In this document: piece by piece, positions 37,470 to 50,899 of the stretch
Numbering within the stretch: position 1 is the first letter of the stretch
Layout: every line of letters begins with the position of its first letter
Assembly (NCBI GenBank): GCA_000182565.2
Contig: KQ257458.1
Length of the DNA: 64,000 bases
From: Spizellomyces punctatus DAOM BR117
Lineage: Eukaryota
Strand: one strand, 5' to 3'
Notes under the pieces: generated by a model
The model's database searches: none
The model's input: the letters and a program-made list of their open reading frames with translations, nothing else
What the model was told of the DNA's origin: nothing
Translations under genes and position numbers: made by a program

Positions 37470-38551
37470 GTTGGGATTCTTCTAAGTTCTTTGTCTATGT
37501 GTCTAGCAGGTATATATATCGAGGAGTATTTTTCAGACGGGGGGAGCGAAAGGGAGGATGACATGCTCTCTTTAAATAACTCAGCTCCCCCCAATGTCAT
37601 CCATCGTCATTCCCTCAGCAAAATGAAAAGATTCTGTAGAAACCTCCTTTGTCCATTAGAAAACCCGCTTTTTGCTGCGTTGCTTATGAAACGCGCCTTT
37701 AACTCCAAATTGGTTTTTGACCTGAAACGCGGCGGACTTTGAACTTTTTGACAGATGCTGCGTTAACCGTTTGTTACAAACACCGAGAGCCTTTGGGATG
37801 GGTTTACTTTTGATATTCCTAGTGTTTGGAAGGGAAAAGAACGGGTTTTAGATCAGCGCACAAACTAGTTGGTTGATGCGATTGCGCAGTAAAGATGAAC
37901 TTTGGGGGTGTCTACCAAAGTTGAAAGGGTCCCCTTAAGGGTTTTTAACGGCCAGCTGAGAGATGAAGGACTAAAAATGCGGCAGATTTGTTTTAATGCA
38001 CCTGCTGACGGCGAAAGGCGGCTTTCAACCTGCAACCGGAATATGATCCCTTGCTGTCTTTTCCAATTGGAAAGCGACTGGTCGATGGCGGGTTCCTTGT
38101 CGCGGGCTCTTTCGATGGCTCTGCTTCTTCCAGAGGACCACGTTCTCGCTTGCAGGTCATTTGTCGGTTTACGACCATTCTTATACATTGTTTGCTTCAG
38201 CGACATGTGCCACGCAAAAGGATACATCGCTGGCCTGTAAGGTCCAGTTTATTGCAACCCATATGAAAGCCGTAATGGGCCGTGTGCGTGTGTGCACTTG
38301 TAATGAACCTCGCAAAACATGAACTGATTCCATCCCCCTTGTGGATAAAATACAAGGGAATCCAATTGGAAACGGTGAATAGCGCACGTCTGCCGTCGTC
38401 CAACTAGAGTCGCCCATCTGCATTTCCTCATAGCATAATGCCATAACACGATAAACGGAACGATATGCCTTTACAATGTCCTTGTTTTTTGTTTTATCCG
38501 TCGCCTTTCGCAAAGTCTAGCTGTCAACATGTCCAATACGGTCGAGTAACA

Positions 38552-39283
38552 TAGTGTGGAGGTGATTGAAAATGGCACTAAGACTCATTATTATCCGGAT
38601 AATCCGGTTAATCATATCGCATAATCAGCACCCCCTCTATTGCTCAGATTGGTGTGGCATGCATGTAATGTTTTTTTTTTTTTAAACTGCAGTGAGGCGC
38701 ATGCCGAAGGTCTATAAAAGGGGGGCCTTGCTCTCTCTCCCCTTCCTCACCAGTTCCTCGACTCTCAAACCATCTGCGCAACCCTCATCATGACTCTCAA
38801 GTCCAACCATGAGAATGCAGATGTGATGGTGCTGAGGACCTTGCCCTCCCAATGACTACAACCAACTGGAACCAGCGCAGCCTCGGAACCAACAAAGCTG
38901 CTATTATGCTGCCACATTAGTTGAGCTTGGTTGGTATGTACTGATTGCATCATTTCATTCTGTCATTCATCTCGCTGACATGCAGTTTTTTTATCCTAGT
39001 TTTTTTAGTCTCCAAGTCTTGTCACTGAACATCCTCTGGCTTGTGATGCTGCCCAGTCGATTCGCTCCTGGATGCAAGAGTCTGGCTTCAATGCCATCAA
39101 GAGTTCCAGATCAAGGCCTAGTAGGGACCGCGTGTGGTGGTGCGCAGTTATCCGGTTAGAACCAACTGTTATGTATTGCGTGTATAATTGCCTAGTAGTA
39201 GTTAGTTAGCTTTTCCGAACCGGTTGTCGCCGGTTTATTCCCTGGTGTAGTAGCTAGTGCCATTTTCTGTCACCTCTACACTG
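38552..39283 (+). mobile_element. Non-autonomous TIR element, copy 3 (ORF disabled)
   Basis: Colinear with copy 1 from TAGTGTGGAGG to CCTCTACACTG; the ORF at 38809 has TGA stops (MRMQM*WC*GPCPPN). Confidence 0.85.
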
Positions 39284-39544
39284 TGCATTTGACGTCATGC
39301 CTCAATGGGAGATGAATTCGAATAAATGACTCGTTCGATGAGTCCTACACCGCTGAGTCACACTCAATGCATGGCCTCTCCGCTTGGCAATCGCTTGCGT
39401 TCCACCTAACGACACGCCCGTGGACGGTACTCGTCCCTTTGTCACAGTCCTGTACCAGGTAGCGCACTAGCGCGCTTCCATTGAAAAACCAATTGCGATA
39501 CCCATCCGGCGACGATCTCGGAGGCGCCTTCCAGTGCGACAACC

Positions 39545-42522
39545 ATGGCTGGACGCAACAGAAAGGCCCAAACACCAAAGCGTCATCACAAGCGGAGGAC
39601 TGGATCGCCAAGACGGCAGCCTCATGTTGATGAGACGGTTGCCCTTATTCAATCACAGAGTCGTGATGCTGATACGCGCGTGAGATCTAGAAGAAGGAGC
39701 TTCATGGATGGTCCTGTTGGACGCAAGTTTTTGGAGGTACATTGCGTTGATGTTTGCGCTAGAAAGGGCATAGTCTCGGAAGACAAAGAAAAAGATTCCT
39801 GATCTACGGGTTTTCGTCTAGTATCGTCGAGTTTTCTTTTTTGCGGGTACCTTCCTTGGAGTGATATCTACCCTTTTGGCAGCTGCAACTTTTCGACCAG
39901 CACTGAAACCGATAATGCCCATGCATCGAATGTCAGAGTTATTTTCTGGTGCTTTGGGAGATGTGGATCTGTCCGAGTTCCTTCCCGAGATTCCCGGAAT
40001 TAGTTCATATGATCTCTTGGGAAACCTGACGTCGATGTTTCAGATTCCATCACTTTTTGGAGGCACAAAGGTGGGATCGCCTGCTACCGAGTATGAGCAG
40101 TTTCTGCCTGGAGCCCGACTAGCTGGAGAAGGGCTCGCCGCAAAGGTAGGATTCACTTAATCGGCTTGCTGTCACCTCGAATGTAGATACAGATGATTTT
40201 GCATTGGCAATTCAGCACCCTGTCATCCTTATCCCTGGCATTGTGTCCACAGGACTTGAAGTGTGGAATATCCCTGTCTCGCCTAAAACTGACAGTCCTC
40301 TCGACACAAAGAATACGGGAGAGGCACAAGATCAAGCTGGTGGCCGTGCCAAAAGAAAGCCCCAGGCGAAATCAAGTGAATCAAAATCTGCACCTGCCAA
40401 GCAAACCACGGATGAAGCGGCCGCTGAGGAGATCATTGCAATGAACCGCGCTTGTGGGCAGAAATATTTTCGAAAGAGAATATGGGGAACCACAGATCAT
40501 TTCAAAGCTCTACTGTTGAACAATGCGTGCTGGGTATATCATATGATGCTAGATGAGACGACAGGGCTAGATCCGCCAGGTGTCAAATTGAGGGCAGCCC
40601 AGGGTCTTGATGCGGCGGACTATCTATTTCCTGGGTATATATTTCTTTTAGCTTTCAGTTATCTCATTTAAGAATGTTTGCTTATCTGACACCAAACGTT
40701 AGGTACTGGGTCTGGGCTAAACTTATTTCCAACCTTGGAGCTCTCGGATACGACAACAACAATAGTACGCATTCATTCCCACAAGAGTAAGCTGCATTTA
40801 TGTCATCTCACAGTTGATTTGCATCCTGTAGTGCACCTGGCAGCCTACGACTGGCGGCTCAGCTTTGCTAACCTCGAAAAACGCGATCTCTACTTTACCA
40901 AACTGAAAAATACGATTGAAATCTCGTACTTGCATGCAGGCGGGGGACCCGATGCCCGATCTGTTGTCGTGACCCACTCCATGGGCTCAACTGTTTTTAT
41001 GTATTTTATGAGCTGGATCCGCAGTGATACCGGTGCCGGCGCTGGAGAACAGTGGATTCAAAAGTATTTGAAGGATTGGGTGAACATTGCGGGGACCTTG
41101 TTGGGTGTACCAAAGGTAAGACAATGATTGGAAGAGTGCATAGTAGTCAAAGGACTCAAGCTCATTTTGTAAGGCGCTGCCAACGATGTTGTCTGGTGTG
41201 TTCCCAAGCAGTCTCCGTGACCATTATAACATAACATGACATCATCCTGTTTCACAGGAGAAATGAAGGACACTGCAATGTTGAACGGGCTTCAAGCCTT
41301 TGTCCTCGAAAACTACCTCATGACGAGAGCGCAACGTGCAAGGCTGTTCCGCTCATGGTATACACTCTGCAACCAGAGCTCATATTTCCTGCATAAACTC
41401 ACTATTTAAACCATCAGGGGAGGGCTTGCATCTATGCTACCATACGGAGGTGAAACCATCTGGGGAAGAGTAGGCCAGCCCGCTCCAGACGAAGGCGAAA
41501 CTGAGAACCCTAGTTTTGGCGAATTTCTCACATTCTATCCCGCAAAGAAAACAGTGGAAGACTCCCAGAAAACTGGAAACAGGTCCACAAAAAAGACAAT
41601 GACCCTTTCAGCTGACACCGCAGAAGAGTTTATATTGGACGTCGCCAATCGTCCATATTGGGCGGCCAACCATAAGCGTTATGTCGCCACGTCCAAGCGC
41701 CAGTTGTTGGAGGCAAAAGACGATAATACGGCGTGGACCAATCCACTTTTAACTCCTCTGCCGCATTTCTCACCAGATTTCAAGATTTATTGTCTGTACG
41801 GAACGGGCCGTAAAAGCGAACGCAAATACTTTTACAACGTTGAACCCAAAACAAACAAAAGCAGCAAAAATGATGAAAGCAAAAAGAATGGCGATAACGG
41901 CAAATATACACCAGACAACCGTGATGACGAAGAAGAAGCGAACGAAGAACTGGACTTCCATGTTGACACAACATATAGCCAAGAAGAAGCGAATATCTAT
42001 AGTGGGGTCCAGCTGACGGATGGGTTAGTTTCCCAGGTTGCATGATCTTGTTCAATATAGTATTAACCGCATTGATGACAGCGATGGCACTGTTCCCCTC
42101 ATTTCTCTTGGAGTATGTATCCCGTCGCTGCATTGATATCATACGTTTCCTAACATTGTTTTGTTGAATGTGAATAGTACATGTGCGCCAAAGGGTGGAA
42201 GCACAAACGATACAACCCGGCTCAAATACCCGTCATTACACGAGAGTTTCGTGATAAGCCAGCCGGCGCTTTTAGTCCACGAGGTGGACCCGGGAGTGCA
42301 GATCATGTTGATAGTATGTTCCACCGGCTTTCGCTATTTGATTTTCTCAAAAGTAACTGAATCTCAATGATTTTTTATTGGTATGCAGTCCTTGGCAATT
42401 ATGATATGACGGAAGATATTCTGCGAATAGTTGCGGGGAAAGTTGAAGGATTAGAAGATTCTATATTTAGTGAGATAGAGGAGATAGCAAAAAGGGTAGA
42501 ACTGCCGAATGGACTCGATTAG
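39545..42522 (+). CDS. LRO1: Phospholipid:diacylglycerol acyltransferase (PDAT)
   Basis: HPVILIPGIVSTGLEVW, DPPGVKLRAAQGLDAADY, AAYDWRLS, THSMG, DGTVPL and SADHVD. Confidence 0.92.
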
Positions 42523-42727
42523 CAACGCAGGCCGAAATTGATTGATCATTGGAGAAGCTTGATTTTGGTGAGAGCTCACGGTTTTGACACTGCGGCGTAT
42601 TGGACGGGGACAGGTAATTTCATTATAATCTTCATGGGTACTACTACAACATATTACAAACCGCCAATTGCACATTACTACATACATGGATTAACTAAGG
42701 ATACCAACTACATAATCGAGAGCCTAC

Positions 42728-43750
42728 TCAGCAATGCATTGCGCGCTTTACTTTTCTAAAAAACCGTCTTAGTCCCTTCTTTTGCGGTTTCGCATTTGTC
42801 GAGCTGTCATCACTGCTCAATGTAGGCGAATGCGTCAGGACCTTGACTTTGGTGTTGCCCATGGGTCTTGGACCAGCGGGTTTGCGAGTAGCTTTTGAAG
42901 TGATTTGCGGCTTTGGAGCAATTTCGGAAGATGATGGAACGTCCAAAGATGGAGCCGGAGCAGGTGTCAGTATGGGAGCCGCCACCGGTACTTCGACAAC
43001 ACCTTCATTGTACAGTTCGGATGTCAATCTTTTCCGGCGTTCAAGCGAGCTGTACGCGGAATCCAGCTGAGGATCGGTGGCATCTGGTTTCAATGTCGTT
43101 TCGGGTGGGATTTCCAGCCTGGGTATCTCGAGTTCGGGTGTCACTGACGCATTATTGGGCGCCAGATATTGTAGCAGCTTCTCTTCCTCCCATTTACTCC
43201 ACGCTGAACCAGTTTCAACTGTCATAGAACTATTGTCTAAAGACCCCTGAAGTCTTGTAATTGGCGGTCTTTTGATTGTGGGGGCAAACCGAGCATCATC
43301 TTTGAATGCTTGCACGTCGTTCAATAGCCCTTCTAGCATCATAATGGAGCGGCGAGTATGGAGGTCCTGATCAGGGACCAGAAAGGAAGATCTATCAAGT
43401 GTTCTATTTGCATAGCTGTCGACCAGACCGATTTCATCAAACGTTTCTTCTTCAATGTCTTCCTCGTCGAATGAAATGTCCGACCATATAGAGGAAGTAG
43501 AGTTGGTTCGGGTAAGAGCCGGGTGGTGGTAGACGTTCTTGCGCGGTGTCTTGTCGGGTGTGGGTTTGTCGTCCTCTTGCTGGTCTTTGTTTTGCTTCGT
43601 TTGAGTCGGACGACGAAACTTCCTCCGGGTACTCTTCCTCCTCATTCTCCTTGCAGAGGTAACGGAGGATGCTCTCCGAACGACAAGGTATCTATGTGTG
43701 GTGGCAGCTTGCGAAGGAGCCGACATTCTTATCGAGGAATTGCTGTCCAT
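42728..43750 (-). CDS. Hypothetical low-complexity protein (single long ORF)
   Basis: About 340 uninterrupted codons from ATG 43750; Ser/Pro/charged composition; no recognisable domain. Confidence 0.6.
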   Translation of the reverse strand: MDSNSSIRMSAPSQAATTHRYLVVRRASSVTSARRMRRKSTRRKFRRPTQTKQNKDQQEDDKPTPDKTPRKNVYHHPALTRTNSTSSIWSDISFDEEDIEEETFDEIGLVDSYANRTLDRSSFLVPDQDLHTRRSIMMLEGLLNDVQAFKDDARFAPTIKRPPITRLQGSLDNSSMTVETGSAWSKWEEEKLLQYLAPNNASVTPELEIPRLEIPPETTLKPDATDPQLDSAYSSLERRKRLTSELYNEGVVEVPVAAPILTPAPAPSLDVPSSSEIAPKPQITSKATRKPAGPRPMGNTKVKVLTHSPTLSSDDSSTNAKPQKKGLRRFFRKVKRAMHC

Positions 43751-44239
43751 TGAAATTAGCAGATGGCCAAGAGCACAGAGGTGGGAATAAAAAAGCCAAG
43801 ACCACAACGAAGGGGCTACAACGTCCTTTCTACGTCACAGCCGAGTTAGGTAAGCGTAACGATCAGCCACATATCACGTGACAGAGCTTGAGCAGATTGG
43901 ACAGCTGGGACTTTTGGCTGACGGGAGACAGCTACTTTTGTGTTCGGGACGGGTTCGCCGTCGTTGCAGGCCATTCCCAATGCCCAAAGTCCTGAACTCC
44001 CTCCAGGACGCTCGTTCTCAAAGGAACGTTTGGGGCGGGGCAGTGCAAGTTAAATGTCAAGTGGTCAGTTGCCGATCACATACAACCGCGGTTTGCGCGT
44101 CTGCACGTGTGTAAATGAGTCAGCCCAGATCCCGCACAACTGTCGACTAGTGTATTTCTGCCTAGGCAGTACCAATTCGCCATCTTCCTAGTTGGCATCT
44201 GTTCTCCAAGAGCTCAATTTGTAGTAGCGGACAAGGACC

Positions 44240-47200
44240 ATGAAACAGTCATCTTCGTCGCTCCGCACGTCGGACCTGAACGGAATGCAAAAGGTTGAAT
44301 GACATGTTCCCGGGGCATTGACACGACGTCCATTATGGCCACGTAATTAACACACCTTTAGCACCGACGTATCACCATTGAGCGGCTGGAAAAGTATCTG
44401 CAAAATGGTCAATTTTCCGATGTCAATCTTCATGCCACATTGGTGAAAGAGCGGAATCAAGAGGCTGTCAACTTGCAAGTGTTCTCTGTACCCAATGGAC
44501 GACGGATGTAAGTATTTGTCGGCGAGCGGTATAATAAAGTTGAATATCATGTCCCAAATCTTTGCATGTGAAGCATTTCTTGTCAGTAAATATGTTCTGA
44601 TGGTACCATTTTTATCAATTTCAGTCCTTTTGCTGACGCGATCCAAGGCTCATACCAGCCCACGCAAGTTGGGGAGAGCTTTGGTCCAAGTATGTTTGCA
44701 CTATATTTTGCCAGAAATAAAGTAATTTGCAAACTGATTGACCGATACCAATAAAACAATACGTAGCCTGGTCGACTCATTGGTTTAAGGTCACAATTAC
44801 CATCCCTGAATCGTATGCTGGGCAGGCGGTCGTTTTCATTTTCGATCCCAGCTGTGAAGCATTAGTATGGTCGACCAAGGGTCAGCTTTTGATTGGAATT
44901 ACGGGTGATAAAAATGTGGATCGGCATGTTGACTATAGGTTGACAAAATCTGCAAAAGGCGGCGAGGTAACCGTTCCATTCGGTGGTTTGTTTATATTTA
45001 CCTGCTCAAGCGCGTCTCACCGTTTTATTGCTTGCTGTAGCAATTTGAGCTCTATGTGGAAGTTGCTTGCAATGGAATGTTTGGAGCGGGAATTGGTATG
45101 TCGGAGATCTTTGAAAGAAGGGTGTGGCATGCGCAACCATTATCACGGCGCTGTTTGTCCGCGACCCTTACGTACGCTCACCACGCCCCCTACTTTCATT
45201 GCCACTTTCGTTGTAGGCGGGAATGGCTCCATTAATCCACCAGAGGAAGACAGGTAGCTCCCATCCTTGGCGGCTGTGCGCAGAACATTGCTCACTCAAT
45301 CATGGTTTTCGAAAGATACTACCGCCTAACCACGGCTGAGATCATTGTCCCGAACACAGACGCATTTGATCTTTTGTGGGACATGGAGGTCTTGTTAGGC
45401 ATGGTCAAGGTAATGAAACTGGATAGATGTCGACCTCGTCGAAAAATTTATTAATAAGATTTTCGTCCTGCAAGGAACTTCCGGAAAACACCCAAGCTTC
45501 CTGTGACGCTCTTTACACGGCAAACCAGATTGTTAACACTGTCTTCCACGACGACTTATCGTGCGTATAACTCAGTCGTTTCTCTATAAGACGACAACCT
45601 AACGCATTCTCGTTAGCTCCATTAAAAAGGCCAAAGAGATTTCCCGTGAGTTTTTTGAAAAGCGATCCCACACTGGTTATTCGCAGCATGTCGTAACGGC
45701 TATTGGCAATTGGTAAATATGGCATTTCATTTCTGCAAGTACTTTGGTAATTGGCTGACAAGCTATTATCTGTCTCAGCCATATTGACACCGGTGAGAAA
45801 CGACGATTGATGGAGGTCTTAGTGACGACTGACTAAAACTATGTCCCGCCGATATTAGCATGGCTCTGGCCTTATGATGAGACTAAACGGAAGGTATGCG
45901 AGCAAACGGAATCCACCGCACGCAAGATCAAATGTGATTAAATTATGCTTTCACCCAGGCTGCTCGTTCTTGGTCGACACAGGTATTTAGGTAATTCGTC
46001 ATTGGATCATGGGAGTTATTATTAAATTCATTTTACAGTGCCAGTGAGGATGCTGCAATTCATTTTTAGCTATGCCTTTGTTGTGATCTGACTTCGATAC
46101 CAGATTAATGGAGAATTATCCAGAGTACGTTTTCACTGCATCGGTAAGCACAGCAATAAGGAACGCAGGCTTAATAAGTATTATGCTCATCGCGCTTCCT
46201 TTTCCTCAACCGATTCCGTCAACAGCAAGCGCAGCAGTTTGAATGGACGGAACAGCTCTATCCTGAGCTATTCGAACGCATCAAGGAGCACGCGAAAACT
46301 GGAAATTTTATTCCAATTGGAGGTAAAGAGATCGCTATTTCTGCGTACTTGTTTGTGCTGGACTCATATCAGCGTACCTGTAGGGGTATGTCTCAAAGTG
46401 TACGCATCAGTATCGTGTCCATTGATTGAACTAAGTCGCGCAGACCTGGGTCGAAATGGATTGTAACCTACCCTCAGGAGAAGCATTCTGTCGACAGTTT
46501 TTGTACGGACAGCGGTACTTTGAAGAAAAGTTCGGGGAAAGGTGTACTGTTTTTTGGTTGCCGGATACCTTTGGATATGTACGTACGCGCCATTTGAACA
46601 TATCTATCTCTCCGCAATTTCTCACAATTTTGATAGTCAGCACAGGTTGGTCTGGTTTAGCTGTGTACATCATGGCCCAACACATTGATTGATGTTGCCG
46701 TTGTCAGTTGCCGCAAATCATTCATGAAGCAGGTGCGTTTTTTGCAAAATCTCTGTTAGATATGACTTGCTCAAGTGCTTCTCCTGCCAGGGTTGAAATA
46801 TTTCTTTACACAAAAGCTGTCCTGGAACAATATCAACAAGGTACAACGTTAGTTTGCCCTTTTGCACTGGAGCGGACTGAAATTGACATTCTAGCTGTCT
46901 GTTTAGTTCCCACACACAACCTTCATGTGGACTGGGTGAGTATATCGCTTCACAACATACGATGGGATGCTAATATTCCTCTCATCCAAACTGCAGACTT
47001 GATGGCACTTCGGTACGGCCCTTTTAATCTCGGCCTCGATCACAAGAACAAGAATTCTAATTTTGAATCGTCACATTTCGTAGGTCCTGACCCACTTTTC
47101 ACCCGCGGATACTTACACTGCGCAAGCAAGTGTTCGCGACGTTGTATTTGCGTGAGTTCTTCAAAATAACTTGATTCCAACCGTGAAATACGTTCTAAAC

Positions 47201-50200
47201 AACTGGGGTAGTGTACACAACAACAAGGATAAACCCTACAGTAACCAATCACTTTTGGTCTACGGTAACGGTGACGGCGGCGGTAAGAATGCGCACCATA
47301 TTGGCTTGTGGCGATAAAAATGACTGATGTTATGCCAATAGGTGGTCCCCTGATCCCAATGATTGAACGGCTACGTCGCATGCAGAATGTCGAAGGGTTA
47401 CCGGCCACGGTCAAATTCGGATCGCCAAACACTTTTTATGAAGAATTGGAGCAAACCAGTCGCGATCTTGTCAGCTGGAAGGGCGAACTGGTTTGTGAAA
47501 GTAGATCTTGCCAACTTGTGTGAACAAACACTGATGACGGATCCCGCTTTATCTGACAGTACTTTGAACTCCACCGGGGAACCGTAAGTCGCCATGAACT
47601 ACATTCATCTATTTGTGCCAATGCTTAAAAAAAAGGCATGGCACTTCAACAGTATACATCTCAAGCTCTTACGAAAAAGTATAACCGTCAAACCGAGCTT
47701 CTCCTTCGTGATATCGAAATTCTGTCTTCCTTGTGTGTGGCCACTGGAGTGTCCGACTTCAAGTATGTTATCCTTTGCATTTTGCCAACAGGATTGGCAA
47801 ACCTGATTTTCTCATCTTTACCTTGCTTTTCCTATAGATATCCAAAGACAGAACTGGATCGTTTATGGAAACTAGTTTTGCTGTAAGTATATACTAGGAT
47901 ATCTCTTTTACTGATCTTTCATAGATCCTCATCGTGCTAATTTTATTATGTTAGCAATCAATTCCATGATGTGCTGGTGAGTAACCAAAGATATATATAC
48001 GCCGTAGCGTATTATTGATATCTCTCGATCCGTTTAGCCGGGATCATCAATTGAAATCGTATATCACGACGCTCTCAAGGTAATATAGTGATATGGTGTG
48101 CCAGTTGCCAACATCTATTCACCAAGTGATCATTTTTCTTAGTTTTATGCTGATGTTGTTGAGAGCGGCACCAAGCTGCGAAATGAAGCATTGGAAGCTT
48201 TGATTGGACGGCAGAGGACTAGCACAAAGGGACCTGCAAGTATGTTTCGGTGTTGATCTTCCAAACGGGCAGCGAAATATACTCATCTTACCAATTGGCA
48301 ATCCGCGTCTCTAGCTGTTTTCAATCCCACTTCTTGGACTCGTCCAAGGCAAGTCATAGAACTCGACACGGAGACTGCCAATGTGGATGTGTCAATATTG
48401 CAACAGACTTCGGCTGATGGACGTAAAGCTCTGGTGATATTGGAAGAAGTCCCGGCATACGCTCTCAAAACCGTTCAAATGGGTTACAAGCCCAGCGACT
48501 TTGTCCCTGTCACCGGTATATCTACTGTGGTGAAATGTATTTGCATGAAATCCATCCTGAATCCCTTGTCCCGACAGTTGACACCTCATCCGGTGAGAAG
48601 ACGATTGTTGAAAATGCTTTCATCAAGGTCGTCTTCAACCAACACGGACGCATAGAAAGTTTATACGACAAAAAGGAAGGGTAATGTTTTAAATGTCAAA
48701 ATGTAAATTGGTGGGCAGCCTTTATCTCAACCTTGATAAAATAGGCGTGAAACGATTGCTCCACAATATTTGGCGAACGTCTTCAAACTGTATGAAGATA
48801 TTCCGCTTTATTGGGATGCCTGGGATGTGAGTTGACGTTTCATATGCCGTCAGATGTTCTTTTGCTGAGAGCCATTCTTATCGAAGGTGGAGGTCTATCA
48901 CCTCGAGAAAGGCGGGGAAGTCGCTCCTGGGACACTCTCTGTTGCCGAGACAGGTCCATTACGCGCTGTCCTCAAAGTATCACAGCCCATCACCAAGCAA
49001 AGCAAATTGGTGCAGACCATCATAGTGACGGCAACAAGTTCAATGGTCGAGTTTGATACCTGGGTGGATTGGCATGAAAACCGAAGGATATTGGTAAAAT
49101 TACATATTGAGAGATAGTACCGCTGATGTTATCTGAACCGCGTTGTTGGCGATGACAGAAAGTCGAGTTCCCTGTCGATATTGCTAACGACTTTGCAACC
49201 TACGAGACGCAATTTGGATTCATCAGGCGGCCAACTCATTACAACAACAGTTGGTGGGTCCCCATGGAGATATCCTACAATTCATTATCCGAGGTCGTCT
49301 CTCAATAGTTCATTGTTTGGGCTAGGGACATGGCGAGGTTCGAGGTATGCGGACACAAGTTTGTGGATTACTCTGAACACGGCTATGGTGTTACGCTCTT
49401 GAATGACTGGTGCGTCATGAAGATTTGGACGAAATCCATCGTGTGATGATGTGGTAATTGTGGAGTTGCTTTGTAGCAAGTATGGTTTTGCGGTTCATGG
49501 AAATGTAATCCGTATGTCGTTACTTCGATCTCCAAAGGTATGTGAGCTATTACTAAAAGCGCTTATCGTTAAATGCGAGCTGCTTGTAACGTTGCACAAC
49601 ATTCAGGCACCTGATTTGCACTGCGACATGGGTATGACCATTTCGTCGTTGAGTTGCTCTCGCAGTTATTCACATGCAAGACTACATAGGCGAACACAGA
49701 TTCCGTTACGCACTGTACCCTCATCGCGGCGGCTTCAATGAGAGTAACGTGGTTCAAGCGGGTTATGAGTTCAATGTGCCGTTATTGATCAGGTCTGTCT
49801 CGTTTCTGGTTTCTGGTGGCCATTATGTTTTCAGCTGCTCATTTCCCTTTTGCGCTTAGCTCAACATTCTCAGCTTCCATCGAAACCCAATTCTTCACTG
49901 TCGATACTTCGAATGTTGTCTTGGACACCATCAAACAGGCGGAAGATGCTAAAGACAAAGACATCGTTCTGAGGCTGTATGAAGCCTATGGCGGGCGGGG
50001 ACGAGCTCGCGTCAAGAGGTGAGAAATATATATCTCCGCCGTATGTGTTGGAATTTACTGATATGCCAGTTGAGCAGCACCTTGCCCATCAAAAAGGCAT
50101 TCTTGTGTAATATTTTGGAAGATGTCACTGAAGAGGTTAAGAGGGACGATGAAGGTGCTCTTCTGTTAGAGTACACTCCTTTCAAGGTGTTAAGTATCAG

Positions 50201-50216
50201 AATTGCCGTCGATTGA
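44240..50216 (+). CDS. AMS1: Cytosolic/vacuolar alpha-mannosidase, GH38 (Ams1/MAN2C1-like), about 30 introns
   Basis: Spliced motifs [73 protein letters not shown] and LYEAYGGR. Confidence 0.95.
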
Positions 50217-50899
50217 CTAGATGATGGGTTTTTGCTGGTAGATATGGATGGAGAGAACGTGTTTTGGAGAGACCACATTAGTAGCGATTGATGTTACAAT
50301 GGACGGTATATGGAACCTTCATCTGTAGTTTTGGGGGCTCTTTTGGTTGATTCACCTAGTGCTTTGTAACGTGGAATGTTCTTCCGGTATTCAATGACAT
50401 GGAAAAAAAACTAGGTTGCTGATCACGGAAATATTTTGATGTGCAAGGATTTGATCATTTTGAAGACTGTTAGTGCTGAATGTTGTGGGCAATATGCACA
50501 TCCTTCTATTGGAATTAGAATCCCTATTGAGCATCTTACTGAGCATTTTTGTGGGTGCTGTGGCTATGATTAAGGGGGAGAGATGTGCATGTTGACCCCA
50601 TAGCGTAGAACCATGATACTCAACATCATCATTGCAGAGCGCAGGGAGCAAAGTTCCGCATCCAATCAGGCTCCGTCCCTTGGAATGTGCTCCTTCCTAC
50701 GTTGATGAACACGGCTGTCCGGCGGGACATGGGGTTGTCGTTGCTGTCGTACGTGGGCCAACTGGCGGTCGTTCCAAAATCCCTTTTTCCGCCATGATTT
50801 GTCATTCCATGACGCGTTTCCCTTCGATCGCGTCTCTCCTTTGATTGGTATAAAAGCCACAGCACGCTTTGACCACCCGCATTTGAGCTCGTCGCAACC

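Noticed and set aside
37865-38513. Minus-strand ORFs adjacent to element copy 3
   Set aside because: Could be a disrupted relic, but there is no identifiable homology
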